Positions 1 to 10,009 of a DNA stretch of 64,000 bases are shown here, one piece after another. Numbering within the stretch: the first letter of the stretch is position 1; each line of letters opens with the position of its first letter. Under the pieces are notes generated by a model. That model made no database searches. It was given only the letters and a program-made list of their open reading frames with translations, and was not told the origin of the DNA. The position numbers were made by a program, and so were the translations under genes. This DNA is from Oligoflexia bacterium (GTDB taxonomy: Bacteria > Bdellovibrionota_C > UBA2361 > SZUA-149 > DAOLCO01), in NCBI GenBank assembly GCA_035327825.1, contig DAOLCO010000015.1:586-64585 (forward strand), written 5' to 3'.

Positions 1-283
1 CAGATTGGAGCCGGTGTGTTCATTACTCCTGCGTTGTTTATTAATATATCAATCTTGTTCAGCCCTGCCGTGATTATTTCATCCGCCCATCTCTTTACGG
101 CCCCGTCATCGGACACGTCAACAACCTTAAAAAATGTGTTGTTGAATCCAATAGAAGCCAGTTCAGCGATCGTTTCGTGATTTCGACCAACCCCCCATAC
201 GTTATGACCGGAGTGGGCAAAGTGCAAAGCCAAAGCACGACCTAGACCACGGGTCACTCCTGTAATCAAGATATTTTTTTGCA
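1..283 (-). CDS. short-chain dehydrogenase/reductase (SDR), N-terminal part only. The gene continues beyond the window start.
   Basis: Reverse complement of 241-283 translates MQKNILITGVTRGLGRALALHF..., a classic SDR Rossmann TGxxxGxG N-terminus. Start ATG = rc of 281-283. No stop before coordinate 1. Confidence 0.7.
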
Positions 284-484
284 TGGACTGACTCTTATTA
301 TGTTAAGGACCATTTTCAGAATATTTTTTGCTTCTAAGAAATCTGATATCGCTCATTGGTACCATTCCAAATAGAGAATATCAAATCAATTTTCTAAGTG
401 ACGCGACTCAATTAAAAATTATATTATGCGGTGAATAGTTAAAAATCTAAATACTCACTTGTGAATACTAAATTCAGTAGCTAA

Positions 485-775
485 ATGAACCCAGTTCTTG
501 TCTATTTGTCCGACCACAAAATTCAGTACGATCTAGTTACCCATGAGCCCCTGTTTACGGTTGAGCATGCGGCTGTGGTGCTTAGTAATTTGCCTGGAGC
601 TGCAACGAAGAACCTGTTTTTACGTGATGATAAGGATAGGCGACACTTTTTAGTTACAACTGCCGATTAGAAACGGGTTGATATGAAAGCTTTGGAGAAA
701 CAAATCAGGTCGAAAGGTTTGGGGTTCGCCTCAAAGGAGCGATTAATGGTGCCAAATTGGTACTACCCTCTTTAA
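485..775 (+). pseudogene. YbaK/ProX-family aminoacyl-tRNA deacylase remnant, with an in-frame TAG at 668-670 and loss of the C-terminal half
   Basis: The 485-670 product MNPVLVYLSDHKIQYDLVTHEPLFTVEHAAVVLSNLPGAATKNLFLRDDKDRRHFLVTTAD resembles the ProX/YbaK N-terminus (..YELLEHEPVFTVEEA..KNLFLKDKKG..LVVLPAD, sequence recalled from memory, not a database hit). After the TAG the same frame continues KRVDMKALEKQIRSKGLGFASKERLMV (compare KRVDLKKLAKLLG..RLRFASPEELLE) and stops at 773-775. No frame downstream encodes the expected ..GSVPPFG.. part. Confidence 0.55.
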
Positions 776-1034
776 AATAACTTCAAATCGTTTAAACAAC
801 AATACTTACCCAGATTTCCGGTAAGATTTCCGGTACCAGGTTACTATAATTCACCCAACTGACTAAAGATCATGACACCTCACAACTTTCTAGGTCATCC
901 TTTTGACTCATATTTCATGACACCGAAAATGAGGCATGAATGGCAGATTCTTCCACTCTATAGGCGGAAGAACCTTCAGGGACGACTAATTATTATTTCC
1001 AGAAACAATACAGATACCTAAAGTGCATCTTCAT

Positions 1035-1853
1035 CTATTCAATTACGGAAGGCTTATGCACACCTAGTTTTTCATACCTCCTTCGCCATGGAAAGAAGAA
1101 TACAAACAGAAGCAAAATAAGAATAACTGTCTGCCATTCAGGGATAAAGCTTTGAATGATCAATGCAAATGGGGGCAGGATCAATAATGATATGTGAATC
1201 TTCATAAGATTCCTATCTCCTAGCTCAAGGATGTTCCGACCTGGTGGGCCATAAAATATTTTCTTTCGCTCGAGAAAAAGAGTTCCAAGAACTATGATCC
1301 AGAAATCCGGAATTAGTATAAATACTAATTCGGCTGACAAAAGCAGTAGTGCAAGAATTGATGCTGTACGAGTTGTTACTCCTGGCAAAGGAAAAAGGGC
1401 TTGCAGTACGACTCCGTAGAAAACATAAAATCCAAAAAAACAAAGTGCAACAAACCCAAGGAAAAAGAAAGCCGTAAAAAGCATTGCAAGTCGCTTTAGA
1501 AGAGAAGCTTCTTCAATTTCCTTCTTGGATAAATGATTATCGGGAATTTCACTATCTGAAATCTGCCCATCTGAAATAAACTCAGACGGAAGAAGTGCTC
1601 GCATTCCTACTGCATGAAGAAACATCTTAGCAAAAGAAATAAAACATAAAACTATCATCAATACGACTTCAGTTAGCCAAATACTCCAACATAAATCGGC
1701 CAACTGCCACCCGGAAAAAAGAGCAGTAACAGCAGTGGCTAAAAATACTGAAATTGGTAGAATACTAGGATATTCCTCCGAAGTACCTCTGTCCATCCTA
1801 TCAGCATTCTCAGTCAAGCAACACGGGAATAAAATCATTAATGAACCTAACAA
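1035..1853 (-). CDS. polytopic membrane protein of unknown function. The true start is probably internal.
   Basis: 272-aa ORF with several hydrophobic helices (e.g. LAMLFTAFFFLGFVALCFFGFYVFYGVVL and LLILPPFALIIQSF). It lies immediately downstream of the DUF4105-like gene on the same strand. Confidence 0.5.
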   Translation of the reverse strand: MLGSLMILFPCCLTENADRMDRGTSEEYPSILPISVFLATAVTALFSGWQLADLCWSIWLTEVVLMIVLCFISFAKMFLHAVGMRALLPSEFISDGQISDSEIPDNHLSKKEIEEASLLKRLAMLFTAFFFLGFVALCFFGFYVFYGVVLQALFPLPGVTTRTASILALLLLSAELVFILIPDFWIIVLGTLFLERKKIFYGPPGRNILELGDRNLMKIHISLLILPPFALIIQSFIPEWQTVILILLLFVFFFPWRRRYEKLGVHKPSVIE

Positions 1854-1891
1854 GCTCCTGTTCTATATTCATGTAGCGGGTAATTCAAGAA

Positions 1892-3904
1892 TCAAAAATA
1901 GCTTCCAAATCCAATAAACACCTCTCTTATCCCCTCCCCAAAGCTTTTTTCATAGCCAAAACCTGCTCTAAGAAAGAACTGATCATAATCTCTAACTTGA
2001 ATATCATACTGAGCTTCAACATTGGTGTAATATGCCACATGCCGCTCTCCTAATTCATAAAAATAAGCACTTCCCGAAATCTGAATACGAAAATTTTCAT
2101 CAGGAAGTATTAACGAACGAATCTTTGGACCAATGCCAATAGCATATGATTCATTATTATAGGCTCTCGAAATATTACTTCGTGCTGAAATCAAGGAGCT
2201 AAGCTTTAAAAATTCTGAGGGCTTTATTGAGATTCCTCGCGAAGCTTCAATAAAACCAACTCCACTTCCTTCTAATTTTTCAGAAGATAACATCTCTCGC
2301 TCAAAACCAGTTCTTACATCCCAGGAGAATGGCTTAAATACCTTTCCCCATGGAGTATAAGATTCAATTGATACAGGATAAAAATTCCTGATCATAACCC
2401 CATTGCCTTCTAAATAACGAATCCCACCACTAAAAAAATCTATTGCAGCACCTTCCCTAAAACCTTTTTCAGGATCAAGACTTTCATGATAAGCTGGTCG
2501 AAATAAAATATCCGAAAACAGCAGATTATCTCTAACTCCTCCCCGAAGAATCACTCTCCCCGACTCATGCATTAACTCTGGTCTTGTGTCAGGTGAGGGT
2601 ACAGGTACATGTTTAAGAGGTGGAAGTACGCTTCTTTTTACAAGAACCTCCTTTGCACGAGCTCGATTATCAGGACTAACATCTGACTCTCTTGAACTTA
2701 AAAATTCCAGATAATCAAACGAAAACTCGAGAATTTTTGCAGAAGACTCTTCACCATAAATTTCAATCACATCAACAGGATACTCTCCGCTTGCAATCTG
2801 GGTAGCAATTTTTAATTCATGACCAGAAAGATTATTTCCAGCAGTCTCAACTCTTGTTAATAGTGAAGGGCGATATTTGGGTGAACCAAGAAGATTCTCT
2901 CTTGATAGCAAAATCTTTACAGTATCAGACGGAATAACCCACCATGAAAGATCATTTACAAGATTTAATCCGGGTCTTGCATAGTCAAGAAGAGCAAGAA
3001 CATATAAAGAGCAATTTTCATCGAAAAAAAAGTAATTAAAATAAGTCTGACGAAGCTCCCAAAGAAGCTCTAAAAAACGTTCTCTCTCTTCTTCACCAAG
3101 GAGAATCTCATATTCCCATATATCCCTATGCTCTATGTCTCCGTACCTGTTTACAGTTTCATAGTATGGCTCAACAGAAAAGCCTGCTTGATATCCACCC
3201 AGAAGACCCTTCAGAGCGAACGCTACCCCTCCATCATCTCCGGTTGCTGCACCAAAATTAGCCGCATAAGATAAAAGCGGATTAGTAATACCAGTCTCTG
3301 AATCAAGCCTGAACAGTGTATGACCAAACATTGAGGCAGGGTTATTAAGATATGCCGCAGGGAAAACAAGTGTAACATTTTTAACACCAAGATTATTTCG
3401 CCACTCAGAATAACGAAAACATGGAGCCTCTTTAAGTAACCCCTTGCTAACCAAACCCAATTCTCTGTCAAGAAACTTGAATCTTCCACGGTGGAGACAT
3501 TGGGGATTATCATCATCAGGATTATCCTGCTCCTTAATTAAGGCATGAAGAGTTGAAACAATTTCAGCTTCAGGATCAAGTTTACCCTCTTTTGATAAAA
3601 ACCAGGATGAATCATCGACCCTGCTTTCTTTATTAAAAAAAACATTCTCCCAAACCTGAAGCAATGTAAGCCAACGACTATCATTAGAAAGAACTCTTGA
3701 CTGATCAATAATATCAGCAGGAATTATGGAATCAGAAGAATCGGCAAAAGACGAAAATGGGCAAATTGCAGGGAGAACAATCAGAAAAAAAATATTTTTA
3801 TGAAATCTGAGCCAAATCAAGAGCGAGAAAATATGGAATTTGAATGATATTTTTTTGAATACGGACATTAAAAATTGTCCTGCGGTAAACTTCCCGCAGG
3901 ACAA
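1892..3904 (-). CDS. DUF4105-like (Lnb N-terminal-domain-like) exported protein
   Basis: 670-aa ORF with a hydrophobic signal-like N-terminus (FFLIVLPAICPFSSFADS) and a ..PASMFGHTLFRLDSETG.. motif typical of the DUF4105 family. The start is uncertain; an internal M at about 3868 is possible. Confidence 0.55.
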   Translation of the reverse strand: MSCGKFTAGQFLMSVFKKISFKFHIFSLLIWLRFHKNIFFLIVLPAICPFSSFADSSDSIIPADIIDQSRVLSNDSRWLTLLQVWENVFFNKESRVDDSSWFLSKEGKLDPEAEIVSTLHALIKEQDNPDDDNPQCLHRGRFKFLDRELGLVSKGLLKEAPCFRYSEWRNNLGVKNVTLVFPAAYLNNPASMFGHTLFRLDSETGITNPLLSYAANFGAATGDDGGVAFALKGLLGGYQAGFSVEPYYETVNRYGDIEHRDIWEYEILLGEEERERFLELLWELRQTYFNYFFFDENCSLYVLALLDYARPGLNLVNDLSWWVIPSDTVKILLSRENLLGSPKYRPSLLTRVETAGNNLSGHELKIATQIASGEYPVDVIEIYGEESSAKILEFSFDYLEFLSSRESDVSPDNRARAKEVLVKRSVLPPLKHVPVPSPDTRPELMHESGRVILRGGVRDNLLFSDILFRPAYHESLDPEKGFREGAAIDFFSGGIRYLEGNGVMIRNFYPVSIESYTPWGKVFKPFSWDVRTGFEREMLSSEKLEGSGVGFIEASRGISIKPSEFLKLSSLISARSNISRAYNNESYAIGIGPKIRSLILPDENFRIQISGSAYFYELGERHVAYYTNVEAQYDIQVRDYDQFFLRAGFGYEKSFGEGIREVFIGFGSYF

Positions 3905-3925
3905 TTAAATCTCTGATATCGCTAA

Positions 3926-4417
3926 TTAAACTCTATCAGCGTAAACTGAAAGTGCTTCAGAAGAAGAAAGCACATTTTTAATGTTACTTGCTACCTGCTC
4001 TGAACCTATTTCAGATGAGTCAAAAACACTTGCAAACTGCTCTCTTAAAGTCTGAAAGAAAACTTCTTTATCAGCTTCCTTAACCGCAAGAAGAGCCGCA
4101 AGAGAGTCAAGGGCCTCACCACTTCCAACTGACATATCACGAGCAAGCCTGTTCATATTCTTGTCAATAAACAATGCAGTTCTCCAGTTAGAATTAACTA
4201 CACCATCCTGAGTACATCCACTTGTTCCAGACGTAATTCCAAAAGTCTGGTTTCCAGATGTACCATTAGTAGTAACAGCAAGAACCTGAGGTGCAATCCC
4301 CTGATTGCCACTCATTAACTTTGAACCCCAACCACAACCACCAACGTTATCAGCAGCAAGTGCCGGTGCAGATGATGCGATTAAAAGGGCAGAGACGAGT
4401 ACTAGTTTCTTCGTCAT
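3926..4417 (-). CDS. DUF3015-like small secreted protein
   Basis: 163 aa with a signal peptide MTKKLVLVSALLIASSAPALA followed by ADNVGGCGWGS..., resembling the DUF3015 family. Confidence 0.55.
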   Translation of the reverse strand: MTKKLVLVSALLIASSAPALAADNVGGCGWGSKLMSGNQGIAPQVLAVTTNGTSGNQTFGITSGTSGCTQDGVVNSNWRTALFIDKNMNRLARDMSVGSGEALDSLAALLAVKEADKEVFFQTLREQFASVFDSSEIGSEQVASNIKNVLSSSEALSVYADRV

Positions 4418-4669
4418 ATATAATTTTCTCCTGATGTTATAAGTTATACGCGCCCATTATTATCACACTCTGATATGAGTTGTAAGAGCAAAATACCCGT
4501 GAAAGAATGTCTCATAGCCATAGAGATAAATTAATCATATAATCCCTATCAAGTAATAAAATATTAAATAATCATGCATCTAATTGATAAGTAGATGGGC
4601 AGTTATGCCCATCAAAATAATAAGAGTTTAGTCACCTTAATTTTAAAGCCACTATAGATTAAATAGAGT

Positions 4670-6940
4670 ATGTGCAGATTTTTTGCATTTATATTGATAA
4701 TACCACTATTGATTCAGATCTCTTGCGGTGATTCTGGCAGGGAGTCCAGTGGAGACCCTTCGTTTCTTGAAGTCTTTGATGCACCTGCAAAAATTGAAGA
4801 CGACAGATCTTCGCTTTCTGCCCCAATTCCTAAAGCCTCTTCTGGAGAAATCTTTAAAGAGTCCGCGGATCAGAAAAAACCCGACAATACCGATAGAGAT
4901 AATGATGATTTTAAGTTACATAAAAAAGAAGTCCTACTAGCAGAGGACAACTATCATTCATTCAAAATTTATCTGAAATCAAAAACACCACTAGTATCTT
5001 TATCAGAAGATGTAAATACCAAAACAATATTTATAGCAGAAAAGTACAAGATCATCTCTTTTCAAAAACCGGAAATTGACTCCGAAACCAGAAACTCATC
5101 ATCCCGCGCATCAGCAGAAACCATTCTTGATTCTGAAATATTTAAAAAACAGCTAGGTGAGGAAATGCCTGCTATTTCAACAATAGCCCACCTTGGGAGT
5201 TTGGGCCTATGGGCTGGTTTTGAAAATGGAAAAGTTCTCTATCAGAAAAATAACCAGTGGATACTTACCAGTGGAGGCCCACAATTCACAAATCAAAGAA
5301 TAAATCTTATTTCCTCTCTCCAAAACATACCATTCGTTGCTGGATCGGGATTATTTCAATGGGATGAAAAAAACGGAAGGTATCTTGTTGTTACAAATAC
5401 AAAAGGACATTCAGTCAGGGCCTTAAAGCCATTGTTTAATGGAAATATTTCTTTAAAAAGAGAGAGTAATGCAAGTGGCAATTCACTTATTTATATATCT
5501 GACGAATCACTCTTTAGGCTTACTTTTCCAAATAGAGAAATCGAAAAACTATTCAGTGTGTTCAGGGATGACATGCCACTTTCTACTGTGCACGAATTTG
5601 AAAGCGGCATCACGGTCGGAAGCAAGAATGGGCTACTTATACTTCCCATCAAATCAGGAACAATAAAAAGAATGGGGGGGCACATTCCAGTTAATGAAAT
5701 TGTGCCATTAAACAGAAACGATAGCCTTATTATCTCAAAAAATGGTAATCTTCACTACAAAAGCCATGATCAAATCAGCAAGCCATTAGCAGGTTTAAAA
5801 GGCTCAGTACGTCAGGCATTTCTGGATAGCGAAAATAATCTGTGGTTTGGTTTGGAGCAGGAATCCGGATCACTCCTTTTAAGTATTTCAGTTGAGGAAC
5901 TTTCAAAACTTTTTAAAAATCAGATTCAGTCAGATTCAGATAAAGAAAATCCCTTCAATGAAATTTTCAACAATTCCTGCGAAGCATTTGTATCTCTCTT
6001 CGGCAAAATCTCATACTCCGGACAGTTATCCAGAAAAACCCTAAACAGGGAGCCTTTCGTTTTTCTAAAAGGAAAGCAGATATGCCCCTCAGGAACTGGA
6101 CGCATATCTCCAGATGGAACAACCGCTCTTGCAAAAAACAATAGCATTACAATTATAAGAAGTTCGCAGGTCGACACTCTAAAAATGCCAGAGCGAATAG
6201 ATGACACTGATATAAGTGCATTATATTACCACCATCCCAATGATTCAATTTTCCTTGGAACAAAAAACAACGGACTTTTTATTGGCACCCCCAAAGGATC
6301 ATGGGAGAAGGTGAAAAGTTCAAACGAACTTGTTAATGACCACATTACCGATATAGAATCCGACGATAGAGGCAACATTTGGGTAGCTTCACGCTATCAG
6401 GGAGAGAGCTCGCATCAAAATCGTCGCACCAAAAATGAGGATTCTATTAGCATAAATTATCGTCCACTCCATGTACTTACAGAACACGGCTGGGCTCACC
6501 TTGGAGAAGGCGAAGGGATATACGCAACCGGAATTTCCGAGATTTACAATAACAAAAATCAAATCCAATTTAGTATTGCAAATGGAATTGGTGAGGTAAA
6601 AAACCCTAAAAGTATCCTAAAATACAGTAATTGGGAGCTAAAGGGGCGACAAATTATCGAATCTTTCACATGGGACCCGGAGGGACGAATTTATTTAACC
6701 CATGGATTTTTTCTCTCAGGTGTAACATGGATTGAAAATGAAAAACTACATTATGCCACTAAAGAAAGCGGACTATTTTCAGACCGGATTGCGAAGTCCG
6801 GAATTGATTCAGAAAACAGGATCTGGCTTATCGATACAGCAGGCAGAACCGGTGTTTATTCTTTAAAGTCTCTTAAGGAAATAGAATTAAAAAAGGCAAA
6901 AAAGTTAAGACCGCCAATAGACAAGGAAAAACTCAATTAA
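4670..6940 (+). CDS. large exported (lipo)protein with beta-propeller-like repeats of the two-component-regulator-propeller type
   Basis: 756 aa. N-terminus MCRFFAFILIIPLLIQISCGDSG has a lipobox-like ..ISC. Recurrent G-N/K-LW/IWxG motifs are present (GLWAGFENGKV, NLWFGLEQ, GNIWVASRY). Confidence 0.55.
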   Translation: MCRFFAFILIIPLLIQISCGDSGRESSGDPSFLEVFDAPAKIEDDRSSLSAPIPKASSGEIFKESADQKKPDNTDRDNDDFKLHKKEVLLAEDNYHSFKIYLKSKTPLVSLSEDVNTKTIFIAEKYKIISFQKPEIDSETRNSSSRASAETILDSEIFKKQLGEEMPAISTIAHLGSLGLWAGFENGKVLYQKNNQWILTSGGPQFTNQRINLISSLQNIPFVAGSGLFQWDEKNGRYLVVTNTKGHSVRALKPLFNGNISLKRESNASGNSLIYISDESLFRLTFPNREIEKLFSVFRDDMPLSTVHEFESGITVGSKNGLLILPIKSGTIKRMGGHIPVNEIVPLNRNDSLIISKNGNLHYKSHDQISKPLAGLKGSVRQAFLDSENNLWFGLEQESGSLLLSISVEELSKLFKNQIQSDSDKENPFNEIFNNSCEAFVSLFGKISYSGQLSRKTLNREPFVFLKGKQICPSGTGRISPDGTTALAKNNSITIIRSSQVDTLKMPERIDDTDISALYYHHPNDSIFLGTKNNGLFIGTPKGSWEKVKSSNELVNDHITDIESDDRGNIWVASRYQGESSHQNRRTKNEDSISINYRPLHVLTEHGWAHLGEGEGIYATGISEIYNNKNQIQFSIANGIGEVKNPKSILKYSNWELKGRQIIESFTWDPEGRIYLTHGFFLSGVTWIENEKLHYATKESGLFSDRIAKSGIDSENRIWLIDTAGRTGVYSLKSLKEIELKKAKKLRPPIDKEKLN

Positions 6941-7069
6941 TTTCCTTAAAAGGAAAAATCAGACGCAAGAAGGTGTTTAAATTAAATCTTCCAGACCGTA
7001 AGATTTGTAGGTTTCCCAAAATATAAAAAGATTCTACCCGATTATCAGCATAACTAGAAGAACTCAAAA

Positions 7070-9046
7070 TCAACACACACGCCCTTCAATCATATCAACA
7101 AGCCACTTTTTTACCTCATCCAACCCTTTAACTCCAAGGTCTTCTCCTCCCCGCTTTCTTATGGAAACAGTTCTTCCCTCAAGCTCCTTATCACCAATAA
7201 CAAATACAAATGGGATTTTTTCTTTTTGCGCTGCTCTTACTCTGTAGCTCAGGGTGTTGCTGCTGTTATCTACAGAAACCCTGACTTTCGCTTCCCTTAA
7301 AAACTCCTTAATCTCATCTGCAAAACCTCCATGCTTCTCTCCGACCGGAAGTACCCTGACCTGCTCAGGAGAAAGCCAAACAGGAAAAGCCCCGGCATAA
7401 TGCTCTATCAGCACTCCGAAAAATCTCTCCATCGATCCAAGAAGGGCCCTATGAAGCATATACGGCCTATGATTCTTTCCATCTTCACCCACATAAGAAA
7501 TATCAAATCGCTCAGGTAAATTAAAATCAAACTGAATTGTACTTAATTGCCATTCCCTTCCAACGGCATCTTTCACACATAAATCAATTTTAGGGCCATA
7601 GAAAGCACCATCGCCCTCATTTATTGAATAATCAATTCCGCTTCTCTCAAGAGCTTGCCTTAGAGCAAGCTCTGCAGCGTCCCACCTGGACTCATCACCA
7701 ACTCTTTCTTCAGGACGGGTACTTAACTTTATTGAAAAATCACTAAAACTAAAATCGCGAAGTAATCCAACGGAGAAATCAAGTACTCGATCTATCTCAT
7801 CGGGCATTTGATCAGGTCTGCAAAACAGATGGGCATCATCCTGAGTAAATCCACGCACCCTTGTTAAACCATGAAGTGTTCCACTTCTTTCAAATCGATA
7901 AACAGTACCCCACTCAGCATACCTTATTGGAAGCTCGCGATAGGATCTCTTTTGAGAGGCAAAAATCTGCACATGAAATGGGCAGTTCATCGGCTTTAAA
8001 TAATACTCTTGGCCTTCAATATCGATAGGAGAGTACATGCCCTCCTTGTAAAATTCCAGATGTCCGCTTGTCTGCCAAAGAATAGAACGACCTACATGGG
8101 GAGAAAAAACAAAATCATAACCAGATTCAAGATGCCGTTCACGACAATGCTGCTCTACAAGATACCTGACAAGTCCCCCCTTTGGATGCCATAGGATAAG
8201 GCCTCCACCAACTGTATCAGGGTGGATACTAAAAAGGTCTAAATCCTTGCCAAGGCGTCGATGATCTCTTTTCTTTGCTTCTTCAAGCTGGTTAACATAA
8301 GAAAGCATGTCCTGCTTATCAAGGAATGCGGTACCATAAATCCTTTGAAGCATTTTATTTTTTTCGTTACCACGCCAGTAGGCACCTGCAACATCAAGAA
8401 GCTTAAAATTCCTCACCGCTTTGGTTGAAGGAATATGAGGACCTGCACACATATCAAGGAAATCGCCATCCTGATAAAAACTAATACTTTCTCCCCTATC
8501 ACGAATCTCACTTAAAAGTTCAAGTTTATATCTCTCCCCTTTTTTGGAAAGAAGCTCATGAGCTTCTTCATAAGACATTTCTCTTCTAACAAATGGATAA
8601 TCATCCTTAACTATCTTCTTCATCTCATCGGAGATTTTATCAAGATCCTGAGGAGTAAAAGGTTCGGAAACGTCAAAGTCATAATAAAAACCATTATCAA
8701 TAGCTGGACCGATAGCGAACCTGGTACCTGGATAAAGTCTCTCTACGGCCTGCGCAAGAATATGTGAAAAACTATGTCGATATATCAGTCGGACTTCTCT
8801 AGAATCATCTTCAAGATAGAGAATACGAACCAAGGGTTTTGAATCAAGTTTTGCATTATCATTTAATGCAGACAAAATACTGGAATCAATAGGTGTCTGG
8901 AGATCAAGAATTGTTTTCTCACCAAGAACAATTGCAATTGGTGTTTTCTTTGAAGAAAGATGATCTGAGAAGTTAGCAAGCAGGTCACTTACCAACATTC
9001 CATTTTTTACATTTACTACTACTTTATTTTCGACATTTATTTCCAT
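7070..9046 (-). CDS. thrS: threonine--tRNA ligase
   Basis: 658 aa with a TGS-like N-terminus and a class II core (..HRALLGSMERFFGVLIEHYAGAFPVWLSPEQV.. anticodon-binding end). Length and motifs are typical of ThrRS. Confidence 0.93.
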   Translation of the reverse strand: MEINVENKVVVNVKNGMLVSDLLANFSDHLSSKKTPIAIVLGEKTILDLQTPIDSSILSALNDNAKLDSKPLVRILYLEDDSREVRLIYRHSFSHILAQAVERLYPGTRFAIGPAIDNGFYYDFDVSEPFTPQDLDKISDEMKKIVKDDYPFVRREMSYEEAHELLSKKGERYKLELLSEIRDRGESISFYQDGDFLDMCAGPHIPSTKAVRNFKLLDVAGAYWRGNEKNKMLQRIYGTAFLDKQDMLSYVNQLEEAKKRDHRRLGKDLDLFSIHPDTVGGGLILWHPKGGLVRYLVEQHCRERHLESGYDFVFSPHVGRSILWQTSGHLEFYKEGMYSPIDIEGQEYYLKPMNCPFHVQIFASQKRSYRELPIRYAEWGTVYRFERSGTLHGLTRVRGFTQDDAHLFCRPDQMPDEIDRVLDFSVGLLRDFSFSDFSIKLSTRPEERVGDESRWDAAELALRQALERSGIDYSINEGDGAFYGPKIDLCVKDAVGREWQLSTIQFDFNLPERFDISYVGEDGKNHRPYMLHRALLGSMERFFGVLIEHYAGAFPVWLSPEQVRVLPVGEKHGGFADEIKEFLREAKVRVSVDNSSNTLSYRVRAAQKEKIPFVFVIGDKELEGRTVSIRKRGGEDLGVKGLDEVKKWLVDMIEGRVC

Positions 9047-9209
9047 TAAAATTTAACCTGAGTCTTATATCTCATTAAATAGCTAGATAATTCTCTGTTT
9101 GCGAAGCGGGCAATTATCGATCTGTAAAAAGTGATTAGGGTATTAATATCAGCAGATAGCACTGAGGTAAACTTAATCGAAATAGTCACCAATGGAAAAG
9201 TAAAAAAAT

Positions 9210-9707
9210 CTATGGGGCAGGATAATTTGGAGATCCTCCGGATTGAACCCCGGCAGGATGTCCCGAAGCACTTGGATATACGGCACTTGGGTATACGCCC
9301 TGAGGGGGAACCCCCGGTGGGGGAACACCCGATCCTTGATTCTGATTTCCGGGAAAAGGAATTGCAGGGAGTCGGCTCCACCATGGATAAGGATAGTAAG
9401 CTCCTTGTCTTATAATAACTTGTGGTCTTTCCACCTTTATTGAACTGCTAGGAGCTTTATTTGGATTTCTTCTTCTCTCCTCTCTGCTTATAAAGAATGA
9501 CTCAGGACGCCTGACATCGTTCTTATCTTCTCTTATTTCTTGATTATCACCAAAGAAACCCTCTCGAACCAGATCATCCCTGAAAAAGCCATCAACCCTT
9601 GCATCGGCATGAACTGACGAAGAAGTAGCTGAAATTAGAGCTAACGCCACTGCTGCACAAAGCAAAATATGCAAACCATATTTAAAGCTTTCAGGTTTAG
9701 AGCTCAT
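9210..9707 (-). CDS. secreted proline/glycine-rich low-complexity protein
   Basis: Signal peptide MSSKPESFKYGLHILLCAAVALALISATSSSVHA, then a charged region and a P/G/Y-rich tail (GVPPPGVPPQGVYPSAVYPSASGHPAGV). Confidence 0.5.
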   Translation of the reverse strand: MSSKPESFKYGLHILLCAAVALALISATSSSVHADARVDGFFRDDLVREGFFGDNQEIREDKNDVRRPESFFISREERRRNPNKAPSSSIKVERPQVIIRQGAYYPYPWWSRLPAIPFPGNQNQGSGVPPPGVPPQGVYPSAVYPSASGHPAGVQSGGSPNYPAP

Positions 9708-10009
9708 AAGAAAAATTATTTTTACTTTAATACATATTAGATTACACTTATATCATATTAGTTTTATGAATTTTAAATAATTTTTTTCAACAACTGATTG
9801 TTAATATCTACAAGTCTTTGTATTGATTATGATTTATAATTTTCCACCAGTTCTTGATGCATCAATCACTGCATTCAGAATAGCCCGTACGACCCAACTT
9901 TATGCCAAGGAAAAATTCTGGTTTCTTGAAAGAACACAAGTGCCCAGCAAAATAAACACAGATCCAAAAAAGCCCCCGTATAAATTTCTACTGAAGAAAT
10001 TTATACCTG

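Noticed and set aside
668-670. In-frame TAG in the ProX/YbaK-like frame as stop-codon recoding (pyrrolysine or TAG reassignment)
   Set aside because: Many well-supported genes in the window terminate with TAG (e.g. the RHH-MNT gene at 41384-41386), the frame also loses its C-terminal domain, and no pyl genes are present. Gene decay explains it more simply.
9046-9415. ORFs 9046..9384 (minus) and 9131..9415 (plus) downstream of thrS
   Set aside because: They overlap each other and the 3' part of the proline-rich secreted protein gene (9210..9707). They have no signal or domain features and compositions mirroring the GC-rich P/G codons on the opposite strand. Shadow ORFs.
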